Of a DNA stretch of 34,180 nucleotides, positions 29,372 through 34,180 are shown piece after piece. This DNA comes from Holosporaceae bacterium (GTDB taxonomy: Bacteria; Pseudomonadota; Alphaproteobacteria; UBA3830), in contig JAIRMS010000046.1 in NCBI GenBank assembly GCA_031258475.1, forward strand, positions 1-34,180, read 5' to 3'. The first letter of the stretch is position 1, and every line of letters begins with the position of its first letter. Made by a program: the position numbers and the translations under genes. The notes under the pieces were generated by a model. That model was not told where the DNA came from. It saw only the letters and a list, made by a program, of their open reading frames with translations, and ran no database searches.

Positions 29372-31191
29372 CAGGTTAATCTACTCATTCTTTTACGAGT
29401 GATTGGATCCAAATATCTTTTCCTGAGTCTGATGGCCTTTGGAGTAACTTCAACCAGCTCGTCATCCTGAATATATGATAACGCCTGCTCCAATGAAATA
29501 GCTCGCGGCGGAGATAATTTAATATTATCGTCTTTTCCCGAGGCGCGCATGTTCGTCAGCTGCTTTGTTTTTGTGGGATTGACGTCCAATTCATTGTTTT
29601 TGTTATGTTCACCGATAATCATGCCTTCATAGACAGGATCTCCTGGATGAACAAACAAAGTGCCCCGTTCTTCGAGGAAAAAAAGCGCATAGGGAACGGC
29701 ATTTCCCGGAGAATTCGAGACCAAAACGCCTTTCGTTCTTCCTTCTATGGGGCCTTTATGGGGCTCGTATCCACTGAACGACCTGTTCATAATGCCAGTG
29801 CCGCGGGTATCTGTCAAAAATTCGCTGTGGTAGCCAATTAGTCCTCTGGTTGGAATTAAAAACTTCAGTCTCGTTTTTCCCACTCCCGAAGGACGCATAT
29901 CAACCATTGATCCCTTTCGCAGAGTGATTTTCTCAACAATAACTCCGGTGAATTCATCGTCCAAATCAATGTAAAGTTCCTCTATTGGCTCCAGCCTTTG
30001 CCCGGTCGCCTCATCGGTTTTATATAAAACATGGGGACGACTGATGGAAAGTTCGAATCCTTCCCTTCTCATGGTCTCTATTAGAACGCCCAGCTGAAGT
30101 TCTCCACGTCCTGCCACTTCAAAAGAATCCTGCTCGTCCGACCTTTTTACGGAAATTGAAATATTTCCCTCGGCTTCTTTCTGCAATCTATCCCAGATCA
30201 TGCGCGAAGTAAGCTTTTTCCCATCCTGCCCGTTCAGTGGAGAATCATTTATGGAAAATACCATGGAAAGCGTCGGCGGATCGATGGGAATCGCTTTTAT
30301 GGGCGTGAGAACCTCGGTGGAGGCAATGGTGTCGGCGACTGTGGCGATCTGAAGTCCGGCGATGGCTATTATGTCTCCGCATTCGGCATGCTCTATGGGA
30401 ATGCGCTTCAATCCCTCGAATGATAACAACTTTGTGAGCCGCGCCCTCTCGACGATACCGCCATTTTCGCGAATGGCATGCACAGAATTATTGATGGATG
30501 CAGCACCCTTTAGGATTTTCCCCGTCAGAACTCGACCAAGGTATTGATCATAATCTAGCATAGTGACCAACATCTGGAACGGAGCGCTTTCATCGATTTC
30601 CGGTGAATTTATATGGTTTATGATCATTTCAAACAGTGGAGCTAGATCTTTGCGTTCGTCATCCTGATTTTTTACCGCCCATCCGTTTCGTCCGGAGGCA
30701 TAGATAATGGGAAAATCCAGCTGCTCTTCGGAGGCTCCAAGAGCGACAAAAAGGTCGAATATCTCGTCCACGACTTCATTTACGCGAGCATCTGGCTTAT
30801 CTATCTTGTTTATCACAACGATCGGCCTCAATCCCAGCGCCAGAGCCTTGTTCAGCACGAATTTTGTCTGTGGCATTGGCCCCTCTGACGCGTCGACCAG
30901 AAGGAGAACCCCGTCCACCATGCTTAAAATGCGCTCAACTTCCCCGCCGAAATCGGCGTGCCCAGGGGTGTCTATTATGTTTAATTTCGTGTTATTCCAG
31001 ACGAAACTCGTGCATTTGGCCAGAATCGTGATGCCGCGCTCTCTTTCCAGATCATTGTAATCCATGGCGCAGGTTTCTATTTGCTGATTATCCCTGAATA
31101 ATCCGCTCTGCCTAAACATTGCATCCACAAGCGTGGTTTTGCCATGATCGACGTGGGCGATAATGGCCAGATTTCTGAGTTCCCGAGACAA
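29371..31191 (-). CDS. typA: Translational GTPase TypA/BipA
   Basis: 606 aa with [33 protein letters not shown] and NKIDK. Its stop overlaps the ampG start (TGATG). Confidence 0.95.
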   Translation of the reverse strand: MSRELRNLAIIAHVDHGKTTLVDAMFRQSGLFRDNQQIETCAMDYNDLERERGITILAKCTSFVWNNTKLNIIDTPGHADFGGEVERILSMVDGVLLLVDASEGPMPQTKFVLNKALALGLRPIVVINKIDKPDARVNEVVDEIFDLFVALGASEEQLDFPIIYASGRNGWAVKNQDDERKDLAPLFEMIINHINSPEIDESAPFQMLVTMLDYDQYLGRVLTGKILKGAASINNSVHAIRENGGIVERARLTKLLSFEGLKRIPIEHAECGDIIAIAGLQIATVADTIASTEVLTPIKAIPIDPPTLSMVFSINDSPLNGQDGKKLTSRMIWDRLQKEAEGNISISVKRSDEQDSFEVAGRGELQLGVLIETMRREGFELSISRPHVLYKTDEATGQRLEPIEELYIDLDDEFTGVIVEKITLRKGSMVDMRPSGVGKTRLKFLIPTRGLIGYHSEFLTDTRGTGIMNRSFSGYEPHKGPIEGRTKGVLVSNSPGNAVPYALFFLEERGTLFVHPGDPVYEGMIIGEHNKNNELDVNPTKTKQLTNMRASGKDDNIKLSPPRAISLEQALSYIQDDELVEVTPKAIRLRKRYLDPITRKRMSRLT

Positions 31192-31282
31192 CTGTTTTAC
31201 TCCGAGATTTGGTGATAGAGGTTACCTTATACCACAAAAATATTTATTTGTCAAGCCTTTTGTGTATGCCGGGGTCGACAAC

Positions 31283-31417
31283 CAAAGATATAGATGTAAA
31301 ATCTGTAATCGAGTACAAATAGGAAAAGACAATAGAAAGAAGTACGGCGAAGAAGAAGAAAGAAAAATGGCTCTAAAATTGTATTTGGAAGGCTATGGAT
31401 TCAGAATGATTGCGCGA
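31283..31417 (+). pseudogene. IS1-family-like transposase N-terminal fragment (second half of the Zn-ribbon plus the HTH)
   Basis: The translation QRYRCKICNRVQIGKDNRKKYGEEEERKMALKLYLEGYGFRMIAR follows the IS1-type pattern (RY.C..C.r.f.....Y.ee.k..alk.Y.eG.gfR.I.R). Similarity is lost on both sides, and the listed ORF 31163..31483 begins antisense inside typA. Confidence 0.55.
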
Positions 31418-31520
31418 CCTTGGCCGCGCAATATCGGTATGCCGCAAGTTTTTCAAACTATTTTAATTGGGGCTGTTTTGTGATACTCTTCGCTCCGCGT
31501 TTATAAAAAAAGGAAACGAT

Positions 31521-31760
31521 ATGAGTGAAAATGTAACTGATAAAGTTAAAGCAATTATTGCGGATAAGTTGGGTGTGGACGCCTCCAAGGTCGTTGATAG
31601 CGCCAGGTTTATTGATGATTTGGGTGCCGATAGCCTCGACACAGTCGAGCTTGTCATGGCACTGGAAGAAGAATTTGGCATTGAAATTTCAAATTCTGAA
31701 GGTCAGGATATTCAATCGGTGAAAGACGCTATATCATTTATACAAGATAAGTGCAAATAG
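31521..31760 (+). CDS. acpP: Acyl carrier protein
   Basis: The ATG at 31521 follows AGGAAA. The 79-aa product carries [24 protein letters not shown], the phosphopantetheine Ser motif. Confidence 0.95.
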   Translation: MSENVTDKVKAIIADKLGVDASKVVDSARFIDDLGADSLDTVELVMALEEEFGIEISNSEGQDIQSVKDAISFIQDKCK

Positions 31761-31770
31761 GCATTGCAGC

Positions 31771-33039
31771 ATGAAAAGGGTGGCGGTTACAGGGCTCGGC
31801 ATGGTGTCTCCGCTGGCAATCGATGTGGAAGAATCCTGGCAATGTCTGCTGAATCGTGAGTCCGGTATCAAAAAAATAATTTCTTTCGACGTTGGCGATA
31901 TCGCTTCTCAAATAGCAGGGCAGGTTCCGTCTGAAACCGTTGAGCAAAGAGCGTCCGTTCTCTTCAATCCCCTAAACTATGTAAATTCCAAGGAATTGAA
32001 TAGAATAGATACTTTCATTTTATACGCCATTGCCGCAGCCACTGAAGCGGTCTACGACGCTGGAATCGTTGATCTGGGCGACGAAGACAAGGAAAGAGCA
32101 GGCGTTATTATAGGTTCTGGCATTGGCGGTTTACCGGTTATCCACGACACAGTCATTAGTTTAGATAAAATGGGCCCCAGGAGAGTTTCCCCATTTTTCA
32201 TTCCGTCATGTCTGATAAATCTGGCGTCTGGTCATGTATCAATAAAATTTGGGCTAAAAGGACCGAATCACTCCGTTGTCACCGCCTGCGCCAGCGGCAC
32301 CCATGCCATCGGCGATGCGGCTCGCATCATTCAGATGGGAGTTGCGGATATTATGGTATGCGGTGGAGCGGAAGCCGCTGTTTGTAGATTGGGAATGGCT
32401 GGATTTGCCGCTGCGCGAGCGCTATCCACCCGGAGAAACGATTCTCCGGAAGAAGCCTCGAGGCCGTGGGACAAATCCCGCGACGGTTTTATCATGGCGG
32501 AAGGTTCTGGCATTCTGGTTCTTGAAGAACTGGAACACGCAAAAAAACGTGGAGCCAAAATCTACGGTGAAGTTATTGGATACGGAATGTCCAGCGACGC
32601 CTATCATGTGACGGCTCCATGCGCAGATGGAGACGGGGCCTATAGGGCCATGAAAAACGCCCTGGATTCCGCCAAGATTTCACCAGATCAGTTGGACTAC
32701 ATAAATGCTCACGGCACGTCCACGCCACTGGGAGATGTGGTTGAGATCAAAGCTGTCGAGCGAATTTTGAATGGTATCGCAGGATTATCCATGTCCTCCA
32801 CAAAATCTTCCATTGGGCATTTGCTGGGAGCCGCCGGAGCCGTGGAAGCGATATTTTCGCTGCTATCCATAAGAGACCAGGTTGTTCCTCCGACGCTGAA
32901 CCTGCACGATCCGGAGGAGACTTTTATTGATCTGGTTCCTCTGCGTCCAAAAGAAAGGAAAGTAAATTTCGTAATGTCTAATTCGTTTGGATTTGGTGGA
33001 ACAAACGCAAGTTTAGTGTTTAAAAAATTTGAATGTTAG
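31771..33039 (+). CDS. fabF: 3-oxoacyl-ACP synthase II
   Basis: 422 aa with MKRVAVTGLGMVSPL, an active-site Cys in VVTACASGTHAIGDA, HGTSTPLGD, KSSIGHLLGAAG and NSFGFGGTNASLVF. Confidence 0.95.
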   Translation: MKRVAVTGLGMVSPLAIDVEESWQCLLNRESGIKKIISFDVGDIASQIAGQVPSETVEQRASVLFNPLNYVNSKELNRIDTFILYAIAAATEAVYDAGIVDLGDEDKERAGVIIGSGIGGLPVIHDTVISLDKMGPRRVSPFFIPSCLINLASGHVSIKFGLKGPNHSVVTACASGTHAIGDAARIIQMGVADIMVCGGAEAAVCRLGMAGFAAARALSTRRNDSPEEASRPWDKSRDGFIMAEGSGILVLEELEHAKKRGAKIYGEVIGYGMSSDAYHVTAPCADGDGAYRAMKNALDSAKISPDQLDYINAHGTSTPLGDVVEIKAVERILNGIAGLSMSSTKSSIGHLLGAAGAVEAIFSLLSIRDQVVPPTLNLHDPEETFIDLVPLRPKERKVNFVMSNSFGFGGTNASLVFKKFEC

Positions 33040-33049
33040 ATATTAAGAC

Positions 33050-34027
33050 GTGAATAATAATCGCAAGAATAAAACCACATCTTTTTTAATTGGTCTCTTT
33101 TTATTATTTTTTGCAATAATTTTGTTTTTTATTTTCTGTTTATGCAGGAAATCCTCCTATATTCCAGAGCGTAATTTTATCGTTGAACAGACAGACGACG
33201 ATAGTTTTTCCAGATTGTTGGTTGATAAAAAAATATCCAATAATTTTGCAATTGCCAAACTTACCATAAAAATCATGAGGTTATTCCGATATAGAACGAG
33301 ATTTGGCGAATATTCCCTTCCGGAACATGTTTCTCTATTAGAAGCCATAAAAATTATAGATTCCGGTAGTGTGGTAATACATAAAATCACAATTCCGGAG
33401 GGATTTTCTGTTCTGCAGGTCATGAGAAGATTAGAAAAAGATGAAAATTTACTCGGGGAAATAGAAAGCTTTCCTCCGGAAGGTTCTCTTATGCCGGATA
33501 CGTACTGTTTTAAATATCCCACCCAGAAGAAGGACATAATTCACATGGCCAAAAAGGCCATGAAAGACTTCATAAAATGTGAGTGGCCGAAAAGATCCCC
33601 GAAATGCTTTCTAAAGAATTCTGGCGAAGCTTTAATTCTGGCGTCGATTGTCGAAAAAGAAACCAACGTGGAAAAAGAGAAAATTGCCGGAGTTTATCTG
33701 CGAAGATTAAAAATAGATATGAAACTACAATCTTGCCCTACGGCCATATACGCCCACAAAAAAGGAGATAAACTTGGGCATCAGCTGAAATACAGCGAAT
33801 TAACGATTGCCGATCCACACAATACCTATGTTTATAAAGGTCTTCCACCAACGCCCATATCTAATCCGGGAAAAGACAGCATAATTGCGGTGCTTCATCC
33901 GGAAGAAACTGACGATCTATTTTTTGTGTGTGATAGAGACGGGAAACACGTATTTGCTAAAACCTACGACGAACACAAACGCAATATTGCAAAAGTTCGT
34001 CATCTGGATGTGTCGGAAGTTCGCTGA
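33050..34027 (+). CDS. mltG: Endolytic murein transglycosylase MltG (YceG-like)
   Basis: 325 aa with a GTG start, an N-terminal TM helix, ITIPEGFSVLQV, LEGSLMPDTY, ILASIVEKET, LQSCPT, NTYVYKGLPPTPISNPG and FFV. Confidence 0.85.
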   Translation: MNNNRKNKTTSFLIGLFLLFFAIILFFIFCLCRKSSYIPERNFIVEQTDDDSFSRLLVDKKISNNFAIAKLTIKIMRLFRYRTRFGEYSLPEHVSLLEAIKIIDSGSVVIHKITIPEGFSVLQVMRRLEKDENLLGEIESFPPEGSLMPDTYCFKYPTQKKDIIHMAKKAMKDFIKCEWPKRSPKCFLKNSGEALILASIVEKETNVEKEKIAGVYLRRLKIDMKLQSCPTAIYAHKKGDKLGHQLKYSELTIADPHNTYVYKGLPPTPISNPGKDSIIAVLHPEETDDLFFVCDRDGKHVFAKTYDEHKRNIAKVRHLDVSEVR

Positions 34028-34097
34028 TTTTTTTCATTTCTCTAAGGCGAGACTGGGCGCTTCTATAACAAAAGTCAACGTCGAACGTAATGTATAG

Positions 34098-34165
34098 ATG
34101 AATCACTTTAAAAATGCGATTTTCATTTTCTGGATTGCTTTGTCGCTCTGCTCCTCGCAATGACG
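34098..34165. repeat. 68-bp dispersed repeat, copy 2
   Basis: 62 of 68 positions are identical to 20593-20660. The minus frame reads RHCEEQSDKAIQKMKIAFLK*. It lies 71 nt downstream of the mltG stop, near the window edge. Confidence 0.85.
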
Positions 34166-34180
34166 GAATTGTATTGTCTT

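Noticed and set aside
31163-31483. 106-aa ORF listed in the track, considered as a possible intact gene
   Set aside because: Its first ~10 codons are antisense to the typA start region. Only the central ~45 codons resemble an IS1-type N-terminus, and similarity decays on both sides. It is better explained as an IS remnant (31283-31417) inside a chance ORF.
33957-34160. 67-aa minus-strand ORF (MRGAERQSNPENENRIFK...) downstream of mltG
   Set aside because: Its N-terminus is encoded by the 68-bp dispersed repeat and the rest is antisense to the mltG 3' end. This is a typical repeat-generated pseudo-ORF.
20593-34165. Repeated sequences considered as a possible CRISPR array
   Set aside because: Each repeat family has only two copies, kilobases apart. 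There are no regularly spaced short spacers and no cas genes. They are dispersed repeats, not an array.

Overview
This 34 kb window looks like an AT-rich, tightly packed chromosome of an alphaproteobacterium. Supporting signs are the HslV N-terminal extension, the rpsF-rpsR-DUF2232 arrangement and an isolated cpoB. It is probably an obligate intracellular, Rickettsiales- or Holosporales-like symbiont; that taxonomic call is inference. I call 30 intact CDSs, almost all core housekeeping: bamE, yidC, engB, rpsF, rpsR, rsmH, hslVU, recJ, lpxK, obgE, cpoB, aspS, typA, ampG, acpP, fabF and mltG. The rest are envelope glycosyltransferases, a sugar ABC importer without an ATPase, and an orphan PotA-type ATPase. 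Many genes overlap by 1-35 nt. I found no rRNA, tRNA, CRISPR array, prophage, or recognisable defence or secretion cluster. The non-core content is: (i) a soluble hybrid histidine kinase whose ~235-aa N-terminal domain I cannot assign, with a motif order that weakly resembles cyclodipeptide synthases, next to an unusually long 517-nt non-coding spacer; (ii) two copies of a 146-bp palindromic MITE/RPE-like element whose stems keep pairing through compensatory changes and whose TAG termini sit at gene ends; (iii) two copies of a 68-bp repeat of the 'HCEE..DEAIQ' type; (iv) two degraded IS fragments, one IS1595-like and one IS1-like. The kinase locus is the best candidate for something new. The evidence for it is hand-aligned motifs only and needs profile or structure searches.
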